This document shows positions 51,190 through 60,683 of a stretch of 64,000 nt of DNA, piece by piece. The notes under the pieces were generated by a model, which saw only the letters and a program-made list of their open reading frames with translations, had not been told where the DNA came from and searched no databases. This DNA is from a virus: the IMG/VR virus record IMGVR_UViG_3300042691_041392; one strand, written 5' to 3'. Made by a program: the position numbers and the translations under genes. Positions within the stretch are counted from its first letter, which is position 1, and each line of letters opens with the position of its first letter.

Positions 51190-53034
51190 TTAGAATACAT
51201 CAGTATCATCTGGCATATCACCATCATCCATTGAGTAGAAGTTGAATATAAATAGTGGTTCTACTTTTCTTGTTTCCCATATATCACATTCCAAATCAAA
51301 ATCAATTAAGACATCTTTATCAATTTTCTTTATAACTTCATAGATATGAATAACTTCATCAAGTTTATAAAAATAATTAACCATTCCGTATGTTGTTGGT
51401 ATAATTTGAACTTTTAAATTCATACCAGTATTTGTTACTTCACAGTTTTTGATACCAGCTTGAGTAATCATTTTTCTCAAAAGATATTTAAGATTATCAA
51501 TATCATCAGTGTTATTATCGTCATCATCTTCATATTGATCATAATCCTCTTCCTCTTCATCATCCCATCTATCCCACTCTTCATTTAAGAATTGGTCATA
51601 TTTCTTCAATTTATTTGACTCATAAGGATCATTATAAGTTCTATTAGTCTTAGATGAACTATCTTTACCCAATATAATTTGTAAATATGTCTCATCAAAT
51701 AAACAAGAAGTTGGTCTTTTGTGAAGTTTCATAACATTTCTAAGTTCTTTTAAACTTTCTAAAATGGTATCAATATCTTCATTTTCTAAATCAAAGTTTA
51801 CATAAACATTACCGTGATCAGTTGAAATAGTTTTATCTAAATTAACTCCTTTTAAAGCATCGACAAATTCTTTATTTGATGTTTTAACATTAGATATCAT
51901 CTGTTTAATAGCCGCTCTATCTTGAATAGTTCTCACAACTGGTAAGTTAGCCCAATCTACATTAACAGAAGCTTTACATAAATCTATTAAGTAATCCATA
52001 TTTTGAATTTCTTTACCAGTATGCTCATTTAAATAACCAACTGAAACGTTTGTACATTCAGGAATATCATCTATAAATGAAGCTGAATCGGTGAATACAC
52101 CAGTAGGGTCAATTTTCAAATTCAATCCACTTGCGTTATATTGTTCACAAAGTGCGTTACCAAATTCATCAGAACAACATCTACCACCAGCTTGTGCGGT
52201 AATAACAGAAATTGTTTTTCTTCTATCAAAAGAAACACATCTTTTAATATTTTTCAAATAACTAACTTCATCATATTTATCAGCTAAAGCTCTAGAACCA
52301 ATACCACCTCTTTCTTCTCCGATAAAGAAGTAATAAAGACCTGGTACATTTTTAGCCATCATATATAACATAACAGTTGTTCCTGCTTTATCATCAGCAC
52401 CTAATACTGTTGTTCCATCAGTTACGATGTGTTCTTGTTCATCAATTTGAACAGAAAAAAGTCTTGTAACAGCTTGTTTTCTATCGGCTGTATCTAAGTG
52501 ACAAGTAAACATAGTTGTTGGATTGTCACCAATTATTTTATAATAGTTACCAACAATATCTTTACTTAATTCAGGTAGGAATTGAAGAACTTCATCTTCA
52601 TGTCCATGTGGATAAGTTTTAGTAACTAATGAAAGGAATGTAGATCTTGGATCTAATGGATTATATTCAAATGTAGGAACCTTAATTGGAATTTTTTCAT
52701 CTTCAACAGATTCTCCTTTTTTAACTTTATTATACAAAGTAACAAAGTTTTGAATATCTTCTGATGTAAAATAATTATGAAAATAATATCTAATAAAGTT
52801 ACCACATTTCATATCAACTGTTCCTTTATCTTTTGTTGTTACTTTAAAATGAAAATCTTTATCAGAAACATCAACATTTGTTATTTTCAATCCATTGAAA
52901 TATTCTGTATCTTCATCATCTAAACATAATATTTCAAAAGCAATATATTCATTCATATCATTAAGCTTTTCTAATACATCTATTAAAGCTTTTGATAATT
53001 TTATTTTTGGTAAGTTTGTTGGTTCTCCCGCCAT
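51190..53034 (-). CDS. Multi-domain M20/M28 peptidase-like protein (paralog of 19744-20928)
   Basis: 'TYPHG', 'CHLDT', 'GADDKAG', 'GEE', 'FDRR' and 'SVGYLNEH', with extra N- and C-terminal domains. Confidence 0.85.
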   Translation of the reverse strand: MAGEPTNLPKIKLSKALIDVLEKLNDMNEYIAFEILCLDDEDTEYFNGLKITNVDVSDKDFHFKVTTKDKGTVDMKCGNFIRYYFHNYFTSEDIQNFVTLYNKVKKGESVEDEKIPIKVPTFEYNPLDPRSTFLSLVTKTYPHGHEDEVLQFLPELSKDIVGNYYKIIGDNPTTMFTCHLDTADRKQAVTRLFSVQIDEQEHIVTDGTTVLGADDKAGTTVMLYMMAKNVPGLYYFFIGEERGGIGSRALADKYDEVSYLKNIKRCVSFDRRKTISVITAQAGGRCCSDEFGNALCEQYNASGLNLKIDPTGVFTDSASFIDDIPECTNVSVGYLNEHTGKEIQNMDYLIDLCKASVNVDWANLPVVRTIQDRAAIKQMISNVKTSNKEFVDALKGVNLDKTISTDHGNVYVNFDLENEDIDTILESLKELRNVMKLHKRPTSCLFDETYLQIILGKDSSSKTNRTYNDPYESNKLKKYDQFLNEEWDRWDDEEEEDYDQYEDDDDNNTDDIDNLKYLLRKMITQAGIKNCEVTNTGMNLKVQIIPTTYGMVNYFYKLDEVIHIYEVIKKIDKDVLIDFDLECDIWETRKVEPLFIFNFYSMDDGDMPDDTDVF

Positions 53035-53071
53035 CTTTTAAAATTTCTTTTTTTGTATATATTAAATTCAA

Positions 53072-53686
53072 TTAATGAGTTATTTCAACTCTACCTTTAG
53101 AATATCTAACATACCTACTATTTGTATGATCTACCTGCACTTGACCAGTTACAGATCCTTGTTTTTTACTAACATAATCTTTTGTACAAACAACTATATC
53201 ACAATTTGAAAGGTCATTTAAAGAATATTTCTTTTTTTCATTACTTTCCATCTTTTCTAAATGACTGTTTTTTTTAACTATGTCAGCAGCTTGTAGAATA
53301 ACATTCTCTGGTATAATATCATCTTTTAATGTTTTAATTATAAGATGAGTTCCAATAATTCTATCACCAGTAACTTCTTCACCATTAGTTTTATAATAGT
53401 GATCAGGATTTTTTATACTTGTAGCGTGCATCCAAATATCATTTTTACTAGGCTCTGAACCACCGATTGGGTTAGCAAATTTACCGGAATACATAGTGGT
53501 TAGAAAATCATTACTTTTAGCATTTCTACCCCAATAGACATCATATACATTTTCTGGATTATTCGAATCTGATATTTTTTTATGTTTTATATCATAACCA
53601 TCCAATTTGAATTGTTCTAAATCACTTTTTGGAGTGCTTGTAGATGTCTCATATACTTTAAACGTTTTAAATCTTTTAATTCTCAT
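53072..53686 (-). CDS. NFACT-R (DUF814) RNA-binding domain protein
   Basis: 'GRNAKSNDFLT', 'DIWMHA', 'GTHLII', 'ILQAA' and 'VSKKQG..GQV'. Confidence 0.75.
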   Translation of the reverse strand: MRIKRFKTFKVYETSTSTPKSDLEQFKLDGYDIKHKKISDSNNPENVYDVYWGRNAKSNDFLTTMYSGKFANPIGGSEPSKNDIWMHATSIKNPDHYYKTNGEEVTGDRIIGTHLIIKTLKDDIIPENVILQAADIVKKNSHLEKMESNEKKKYSLNDLSNCDIVVCTKDYVSKKQGSVTGQVQVDHTNSRYVRYSKGRVEITH

Positions 53687-53719
53687 AGTTTATATATTAA
53701 AATTGAAAAATGTATAAAC

Positions 53720-53749
53720 AAAAAAAACTCTCCATCAGGAGAGTTTTTT
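53720..53749 (-). terminator. Terminator after major capsid gene
   Basis: aaaaaactctcc-atca-ggagagtttttt. Confidence 0.8.
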
Positions 53750-53765
53750 ATATCTTTATTAACTA

Positions 53766-55517
53766 TTAGTTAAGTAATTGATTTCTATCAGTTACAACGA
53801 TAGTCATAAATTGTTTTTGTGGGAACCAACCAACTTCAGCTACTGCGTATCTAGATCTTAGTAACATTCTTGGAGCGAAAGTCGCTTCAGAAATAACTGA
53901 GATAGATTGAGCCATTAAGTAAGGTACGAAGATGATACCTGGTTGATCAGGATTGTTTTTTCTACCTAAAACGATTCTGTTGTCGTTATATTTCATGTAT
54001 GGATCAACATAGATAGAAATATCACCAATTGAACCAACAGGATATAATTGACCTTGTCCGTTTAATTTAGATTTAACTGGGTTAATAGTGTAACCAGCGA
54101 TATCTTGTAAAGCTGCAGCTAATCCCCCGTTTGTGATTAAGTATTGAGCTGGACCTACACGACCTTCAGTTGCGATGTAGTTAGAAGCGTGAGCAATCTT
54201 AGTGATTAACTTTCTTTGAACAGCGTGTGTAGTTTCACCTGTTACAGCAGCACTAGCATAAGCTGTGTTTAAGTCAAAGATTGTTGAAGCAGAACCAGTA
54301 ATTAAAGTACTTGATAAAGAAGTATTTAATGGAGCTGATGTTCTGTTTAACGCACCCATCTCAAAGATTTTAGCAACGATTTGTTTAGAAATTGTTTGAG
54401 ATAACTCGTTAACAAGGATAGATTCCATTTTTTGAACGATATCCATACCTGTGTTAGCTTTAATATCTTCAATTTCTGTTCTTCTTAAAGCTGAAGATAC
54501 TTCAATAGTACCAACTGCGATAGTTTTAGAAGAAATTTTTGGTCCGATAACACCAGCGTAAGAGTCATCGTCAGCATCTCTACCCATTGGGTAAGAACCA
54601 GCAGCGTTAGAAGTAGCAACACCTGTCCAGTTTGCAGAGAAACCAGGGATATGATCTTCTAATGCAGATACTAATTCAACAGTTTTTGTACTTGCACCTG
54701 ATACAGAGTGAGTACCAACAAGAACGATTTGAGATGACATAGAAGCCGTAGCTGAGAATGTATTTCTTGTAGAGTCAAAAGCCCAAGCAGTTGTAAATTG
54801 GTTTACACCTGTGTGAGATGTGTTAGCTTGTCTGTAAGCTCTGAAGATTGGGTAACCATCGATACGAGAGAAACCTAAGAACTCAGCGTAAGCAGCTTTG
54901 TTTGAAGGCTCAGTTTGAGTAAACTCACCACCTACTGGTGCTTCAGATCCTGCTGTGTTAGATGCAGTACCTAAAGTAACCCATACTCTACCACCTTGAA
55001 GACCACCACTTGTTTGAGTAATGTTATATCCAGATAATTTAGTGTTTAATGTTGTAGTAACATTTCCTAATGTAGTAGAGTCTAAGTTTAATTTGAAAAC
55101 TTGTGGTCTCTCATCAGATGCGCCTAATCTTGTATCATCATATTGGAAATCAATATAAAGTAAATCAATTTTCGGACCTGGAGAAGGTTTAACAGCTACT
55201 AAATCTAAACCGATTGTTTGAGCAGCGATTTTCATAGCTACTGGTAAAAGGTTTTGACCAACGTCTCCTGAACCAGCAACACCACCCCAGTTTGCACCAA
55301 CTGTAACACCTGAAGGTGTATTTGAACCAATAACTGGATTTAAAACAGCACCCATACCTGCTACGTTAGAAGCATTTACATATGCATTTTCATTGATTGA
55401 GTGAAACTCAGCGTATTCCGCCATCCATTCAACTCTATCACCTGTAACTCCCATGTTCTCAAGAACCGGAGCCCATTTCTTAGTTGCTTTCGCTTTGTCT
55501 ATTCTAATGTGTGACAT
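53766..55517 (-). CDS. Major capsid protein (T4 gp23-like)
   Basis: 'KKWAPVLE', 'IYVDPY', 'IIFVPY' and 'TFAPRMLLRSRYA'; highly biased codons; downstream of the protease. Confidence 0.93.
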   Translation of the reverse strand: MSHIRIDKAKATKKWAPVLENMGVTGDRVEWMAEYAEFHSINENAYVNASNVAGMGAVLNPVIGSNTPSGVTVGANWGGVAGSGDVGQNLLPVAMKIAAQTIGLDLVAVKPSPGPKIDLLYIDFQYDDTRLGASDERPQVFKLNLDSTTLGNVTTTLNTKLSGYNITQTSGGLQGGRVWVTLGTASNTAGSEAPVGGEFTQTEPSNKAAYAEFLGFSRIDGYPIFRAYRQANTSHTGVNQFTTAWAFDSTRNTFSATASMSSQIVLVGTHSVSGASTKTVELVSALEDHIPGFSANWTGVATSNAAGSYPMGRDADDDSYAGVIGPKISSKTIAVGTIEVSSALRRTEIEDIKANTGMDIVQKMESILVNELSQTISKQIVAKIFEMGALNRTSAPLNTSLSSTLITGSASTIFDLNTAYASAAVTGETTHAVQRKLITKIAHASNYIATEGRVGPAQYLITNGGLAAALQDIAGYTINPVKSKLNGQGQLYPVGSIGDISIYVDPYMKYNDNRIVLGRKNNPDQPGIIFVPYLMAQSISVISEATFAPRMLLRSRYAVAEVGWFPQKQFMTIVVTDRNQLLN

Positions 55518-55603
55518 AATTAATTTATTTTTTTTTATTTTTTTTATAATCTATATATTACCTTAATTTTACTCGTTTTTTTCAAGTGTGGATTTTTTAT
55601 AGA

Positions 55604-57712
55604 TTAGATGTTTTTGAATCTTTCCATAATAGCATTTACATCATTGTCAGATAATTTATCTTCTTGAATTAAAGCATCATGTGAAACTAATTTTTTAGTT
55701 ACAGATTCATTTGTTTTAAGATTTCTAGTTGCCCAGAAATGCTCAATTTGTGACTCAGTTGTTAACATTTCAGCTGGGTATAATCTAGCTTGTGATAACA
55801 TAGATTTTTTAGCTGATTCATTTAACTGATTCCAGATAGCCTTAGTGTTTTCAGGCATCATTCTGATAACTCTTTCTTCTAGAGTTTCATTTTTAGTTGA
55901 TAATGCTTCAGAAATTAATGAAAGAACTTCTTTTTGTGTGAAGTAACTTCTTTCGTTTATGTGAAGTTTAACAGTTTCTTGTTCTTCATTAGTTAAAGCA
56001 TAGTAACTATCAACTTGTGATTTAGATAAGAATTTTAAGAAATTCAAATCTGATGTCTCGGAAACTTTACGTTTTTTAGCCTCTTCGATTAATTTATTAA
56101 TAGATTCAGATAATTCAGAATCATTGTCACCAGAAACTTCATAGTCCATTGGTCCACATTCTTCATCATCTTCTTCATCTTCTTCGTGTGCATAAGCCTC
56201 TTCAGAACCTACGTGAGAAATACCATTGTATTCTTCTTCATCTTCGTTTTCTTCTTCAGAACCCCAAGCTTCTTCTTCATCCTCATCTTCTAAAGAAGAA
56301 AAACCAGCAGCGTTTAATGTTGGGAAAGCTTCTTCAGCAGATTCGAATAATTTACCACCGTTTAATTTCTCAGCAATCATCCCAGCGTAAGAGATTGATT
56401 TGTCTAAGTTCTCAGCGATATATTCAGAGTAAGCGATATTATCATCTAAGTGTTCAGCGATATATTCTGAATAAGCGATATTACCTTCTACGTGCTCAGC
56501 TAAATACTCAGAGTAAGCAATTGAATTATCAACGTGCTCAGCGATATATTCAGAGTAAGCGATGTTTTTATCTAAGTTTTCAGCGATGTATTCAGAGTAA
56601 GCGATATTCTTATCTAAATTCTCAGCGATATACTCAGAGTAAGCGATGTTTTTATCTAAGTTTTCAGCGATATACTCAGAATAAGAGATATTCTTATCTA
56701 AGTTTTCAGCGATATACTCAGAGTAAGCGATGTTTTTATCTAAGTTTTCAGCAACGTATTCAGAATAAGCGATATTCTTATCTAAATTCTCAGCTAAATA
56801 CTCAGAGTAATTAACAGCTTTTTCTAGATTTTCAGCTAAATAGTCATTGTGTTTAATAAGTTTGTCAGTTGTTTCTTTTAACGACTTGTTCTCATTAACC
56901 ATAATTTGAACTTTTTCAGCTAAATAATCTAAATACTTAACAACTTGAGAATTAGTAGTGTTTAATTCATCATAATACTCAAGTAGTTGTTCTAATTTCT
57001 TAGGGCTTAAGTTACCTTTAGAAATAGCATTCTTAACTTCTTTCTTTGTAGAAGCTAATTCATTAACTAAATACTTAGAGTAATCAGTTAATTGTTGCTT
57101 AGTAACAAACTCATTTTTGTTCATGTTAAATAGATCATTTATTTTTGACTCATCGGACATTTCATATATCCTAAAGTTGGATTGTGGATTATCATAACCT
57201 AGTGATTCATTAAGTGTTTTAACACTCATTTTAGCTGAAGCAAAACCTGGATCAGCAACTATATCATAAGTAAATAATTTCTTTAACGAAACTGATCCGT
57301 CAGACTCAGTAATACCTGCGGCTCTAGAAGAAACAAAAACAGGACATCCGTCATCGACCAATGCCTTAGCTTCTTTACCCCAATAAGTACTTAATAATCT
57401 GATTTCACCAGTGACATTATTAGCCTCTTTAACATAGTTAGCTTTAGTAATTATGTGTGAAGCCCTTGAAAGAGATGTGTCAAATACGTCTGGATGGTCA
57501 AATTCACCATACACAGCACCTAACCCATTCATCCTTTCGTTAAGTTCTTGTAGAGCTGGTAAGAATTTTTCAGCTGTATAAATTCTTTCATTACGGTTTT
57601 TAACACCGAATTCTGTAAATATACCACCTAATACATACTTATCTTTACTCACCGAATTATTCTCAACAATAAGAGAATTAGTTGAATTTTCTACAATTAA
57701 GACTGGTTTCAT
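55604..57712 (-). CDS. Prohead protease (gp21-like) fused to scaffold-like coiled-coil domain
   Basis: 'KNRNERIY', 'GEFDHP', 'VSSRAAG' and 'YDIVADPGF', then 14-aa repeats. Confidence 0.9.
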   Translation of the reverse strand: MKPVLIVENSTNSLIVENNSVSKDKYVLGGIFTEFGVKNRNERIYTAEKFLPALQELNERMNGLGAVYGEFDHPDVFDTSLSRASHIITKANYVKEANNVTGEIRLLSTYWGKEAKALVDDGCPVFVSSRAAGITESDGSVSLKKLFTYDIVADPGFASAKMSVKTLNESLGYDNPQSNFRIYEMSDESKINDLFNMNKNEFVTKQQLTDYSKYLVNELASTKKEVKNAISKGNLSPKKLEQLLEYYDELNTTNSQVVKYLDYLAEKVQIMVNENKSLKETTDKLIKHNDYLAENLEKAVNYSEYLAENLDKNIAYSEYVAENLDKNIAYSEYIAENLDKNISYSEYIAENLDKNIAYSEYIAENLDKNIAYSEYIAENLDKNIAYSEYIAEHVDNSIAYSEYLAEHVEGNIAYSEYIAEHLDDNIAYSEYIAENLDKSISYAGMIAEKLNGGKLFESAEEAFPTLNAAGFSSLEDEDEEEAWGSEEENEDEEEYNGISHVGSEEAYAHEEDEEDDEECGPMDYEVSGDNDSELSESINKLIEEAKKRKVSETSDLNFLKFLSKSQVDSYYALTNEEQETVKLHINERSYFTQKEVLSLISEALSTKNETLEERVIRMMPENTKAIWNQLNESAKKSMLSQARLYPAEMLTTESQIEHFWATRNLKTNESVTKKLVSHDALIQEDKLSDNDVNAIMERFKNI
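56375..56836 (-). repeat. 11 in-frame 42-bp repeats (AENLDKNIAYSEYI)
   Basis: Counted in the translation. Confidence 0.9.
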
Positions 57713-57856
57713 GTAAAATAGTTATTTTTTGTATAAATTATAGTGTATATATTGCCTTATCAAACTCCTCTTTTTTCTATATGGATTTTTTACAGTAACT
57801 AAATTTTATAAATACCAAAAGGCTTTTTAAATCATGATTTTTAAAACATTTTCAAA

Positions 57857-58288
57857 ATGAAAAATAAAATACATGTATATTTATATAAAATGATTCTAAC
57901 TAGAGAAATAGATGTAAAGATTAGTGAGTCCAATTTTCATTACTATGAAGACTTAGGATATGATATAGGATTGGGTGAGGTTATTACCATACCAGTAGAA
58001 TTACTTTCGAAAGGTTCCCATCATAAAATAAAGTGCCAATGTGATAGTTGTGGTATAGAAAAACAGGTTATATATAAAAACTATCTTAAATACGACAATA
58101 AGAATTGGGGAGACTATTTTTGTAGAAAATGTTCAGAAATAAAAAGAAAAGAAACACTAAGAAAAAACTTTGGTGTTGATTATCCTATACAAAATAAAAA
58201 AGTATTATCTAAAATGAAAAATACCTTAGTTGAAAAATACGGTGTAGATAATATATCAAAAAAGAATAAAATAAATAAAGATGGCTAA
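57857..58288 (+). CDS. Zn-ribbon protein resembling a homing-endonuclease DNA-binding region with no nuclease domain
   Basis: 'KGSHHKIKCQCDSCG', 'CRKC' and 'KYGVDN' repeats. Confidence 0.6.
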   Translation: MKNKIHVYLYKMILTREIDVKISESNFHYYEDLGYDIGLGEVITIPVELLSKGSHHKIKCQCDSCGIEKQVIYKNYLKYDNKNWGDYFCRKCSEIKRKETLRKNFGVDYPIQNKKVLSKMKNTLVEKYGVDNISKKNKINKDG

Positions 58289-60185
58289 ATACAATGAAGG
58301 AGATATTCTTGAATCTCAAATAGAATTCTCCGTTAGCGGAAATGCAACTGTCAAAGTTGATGGAAAAGAATTTTTCGTACATAAAAAGAGAACGTTAAAT
58401 TCACTACACTTAGATAAAGTAAGATTTGTTCTCTTTAAAGGAGAAAAAAAATTAGAAGCAAAAGTAATAGAGGTAGTTGAAAGATTTAAATTAGAATTTG
58501 TAGGAACTACTCAAGTTAAAAAAGATCACACATTTGTTATACCAGATAACTCAAAAATACACGTTGACTTTTATATAAAAGGTAAACACTCAGCAGAAGA
58601 TAATCAAAAAGTACTTGTTAAATTTGATAGTTGGGAAAACGGTCAAAAATCACCAAATGCTAAAATTGTTAAAATTTTAGGAACTGTTGGTGAGAATGAA
58701 ACCGAAATGAACGCTATTATGTATGAATATAACTTACCAGTGGATTTCCCACAAGAAGTTTTAAATGAATCAGAGTTAATATCAGAAGTTATTACTGAGA
58801 AAGAGATATCTAAAAGAAGAGATTTGAGAAATATAACTACAATCGGTATCGATCCGTTTGATTCAAAAGATGCTGATGATACAATCGGATTAGAATTTAA
58901 AGATGGTAAAAGATATGTTTCTATAAATATCGCAGATGTTACACACTATATAAAACCAGGAAGTGCCTTAGATGAAGAAGCTTATAAAAGATCATCTTCT
59001 GTTTATTTAGTTGATAGATGTGTGCCAATGATACCAAAAAGATTGAGTAATGGTATATGTTCTTTAAAATCAGGTAGTGATAAACTATGTTACTCTGTTA
59101 TAGTTGAATTAGATACAAATGGTAGAATTGAAAACACTTGGTTTGGTAGAACTATTGTAAACGTAAATAAAGACTATTCTTATGAAATGGCTCAAGAAGT
59201 TATCGACAGAGGAACAGCATCAGAAGAAAATAAAGATTGTGATGAGGTTATTTTAGAATTACACAGATTAGCTTTAAAAATGAGAAGAAGAAGAATGTTA
59301 GGAGGTTCCATGGAAATTGGTGGTGTTGAAGTTAAATTCAAATTAGCTGATGATAATAAAAAACCAATTGGACTTTATTTAAAAGAACAAAAAGAAGCTA
59401 ATCACTTAATAGAAGAATATATGTTATTAGCGAATAGAGAAGTTGCTAAGTTTATTAAGTCTAGAGGGTTACCTTGTGTTAATAGAATTCACGAAGAACC
59501 GGATGAAACTAAATTAGAACATATTAAAACATTCATATCAACTTTAGGATATGAAGTAAATTACGGTGATACACCTGAGAAGACTAAATTAGTTATAAAT
59601 GAACTAATGAAAAGTTGCAAAGGAACTAGTGAGGAAAACATCATTACAACTTTAATAGTTAGAGCTCAGCAAAAGGCTAAATATACAACTAGAAACATTG
59701 GTCATTATGGTTTGGGATTTGAACACTATTCACACTTCACAAGTCCGATTAGAAGATATAGTGATATGTTGACACATAGATTATTATCAATGGCATTGAA
59801 AAGTGAGGGATATAGTAAAGATGTTAAACCAAACGAATTAGAAAAACAATGTGAGTGGATATCTAAACAAGAAGTAGTATCAGCAAAAGCTCAAAGAGAT
59901 TCTATTAAGTATAAACAAGCTGAATACTTAGGAGACAGAATTGGTCAAGTTTTTGATGGAATTGTTTCAGGTGTATTAGATAGAGGAATCTATGTAGAAT
60001 TGTTTGAAAGTAAATGTGAAGGTTTAATAAAACTAAGTAGTTTAGAAGGAAAATGGATGGCTTATCCAGATAATTACTATGCTGTTAGTGATTTAGGTGA
60101 TAAAGTTAGATTAGGTGATCCAATAAAGGTTGTTGTTAAGTCAGTTGATTTAGAAAAGAAACAAATCGATTTTTTAAAATTTTAA
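58281..60185 (+). CDS. rnr: Ribonuclease R (RNB family)
   Basis: 'IDPFDSKDADD', 'IADV', 'LIEEYMLLAN', 'YSHFTSPIRRYSD' and C-terminal S1. Confidence 0.92.
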   Translation: MAKYNEGDILESQIEFSVSGNATVKVDGKEFFVHKKRTLNSLHLDKVRFVLFKGEKKLEAKVIEVVERFKLEFVGTTQVKKDHTFVIPDNSKIHVDFYIKGKHSAEDNQKVLVKFDSWENGQKSPNAKIVKILGTVGENETEMNAIMYEYNLPVDFPQEVLNESELISEVITEKEISKRRDLRNITTIGIDPFDSKDADDTIGLEFKDGKRYVSINIADVTHYIKPGSALDEEAYKRSSSVYLVDRCVPMIPKRLSNGICSLKSGSDKLCYSVIVELDTNGRIENTWFGRTIVNVNKDYSYEMAQEVIDRGTASEENKDCDEVILELHRLALKMRRRRMLGGSMEIGGVEVKFKLADDNKKPIGLYLKEQKEANHLIEEYMLLANREVAKFIKSRGLPCVNRIHEEPDETKLEHIKTFISTLGYEVNYGDTPEKTKLVINELMKSCKGTSEENIITTLIVRAQQKAKYTTRNIGHYGLGFEHYSHFTSPIRRYSDMLTHRLLSMALKSEGYSKDVKPNELEKQCEWISKQEVVSAKAQRDSIKYKQAEYLGDRIGQVFDGIVSGVLDRGIYVELFESKCEGLIKLSSLEGKWMAYPDNYYAVSDLGDKVRLGDPIKVVVKSVDLEKKQIDFLKF

Positions 60186-60187
60186 TT

Positions 60188-60646
60188 ATGGGACAATTAT
60201 ATAGAGTAGATAATGAGGATTCTCATTTAAAAAATAGAATTAAAAAATTCTATTTAGAAGGAATTAAATTATCACAATTTGAAAATAAATTAGAAAAGTG
60301 GCCCAACTGGTTACAATTTAAAAGAGAAATTAAGTTGAACTCTTTACTAGAAGGTAAAAGAGTTCAATTTGATATTGAAGATATTAATGAATGGGGTAAA
60401 ATTGATAGTGTTAAATCAAATGATATGAGTTTATCTGATGTGGTTTTTTCGGTTAAAAGAATCACAATGATTATAAAAGATGATATTGTCGATGAGTTAG
60501 AAATTGAATGGAGACCATTACAAACAGAATTGGGTAGATCAATAATTGGATTATTAGATGCTGGAATTGATGTAGATATATCTATGAGTTTCTTTGAGGA
60601 TCAATTTAGTCATTTTTATATAAAAACAGAAAAGAATGTAGCATAA
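60188..60646 (+). CDS. Degenerate prohead-protease-like protein with internal REIKLNSLL motif
   Basis: WGKIDSVKSNDMSLS vs gp21 YGEFDHPDVFDTSLS; RPLQTELGRSIIGLLDAG vs RLLSTYWGKEAKALVDDG. Confidence 0.65.
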   Translation: MGQLYRVDNEDSHLKNRIKKFYLEGIKLSQFENKLEKWPNWLQFKREIKLNSLLEGKRVQFDIEDINEWGKIDSVKSNDMSLSDVVFSVKRITMIIKDDIVDELEIEWRPLQTELGRSIIGLLDAGIDVDISMSFFEDQFSHFYIKTEKNVA

Positions 60647-60677
60647 AAAAGTCTCAGTTTTCACTGAGACTTTTTTT
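60645..60677. terminator. Bidirectional terminator
   Basis: aaaaaagtctcagt-tttc-actgagacttttt. Confidence 0.8.
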
Positions 60678-60683
60678 ATATCA

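Noticed and set aside
56149-56814. 221-aa plus-strand ORF
   Set aside because: Antisense shadow of the coding repeats.
56375-56836. 42-bp repeats as a CRISPR array
   Set aside because: They are contiguous, have no spacers and vary at synonymous positions inside the protease-scaffold ORF.
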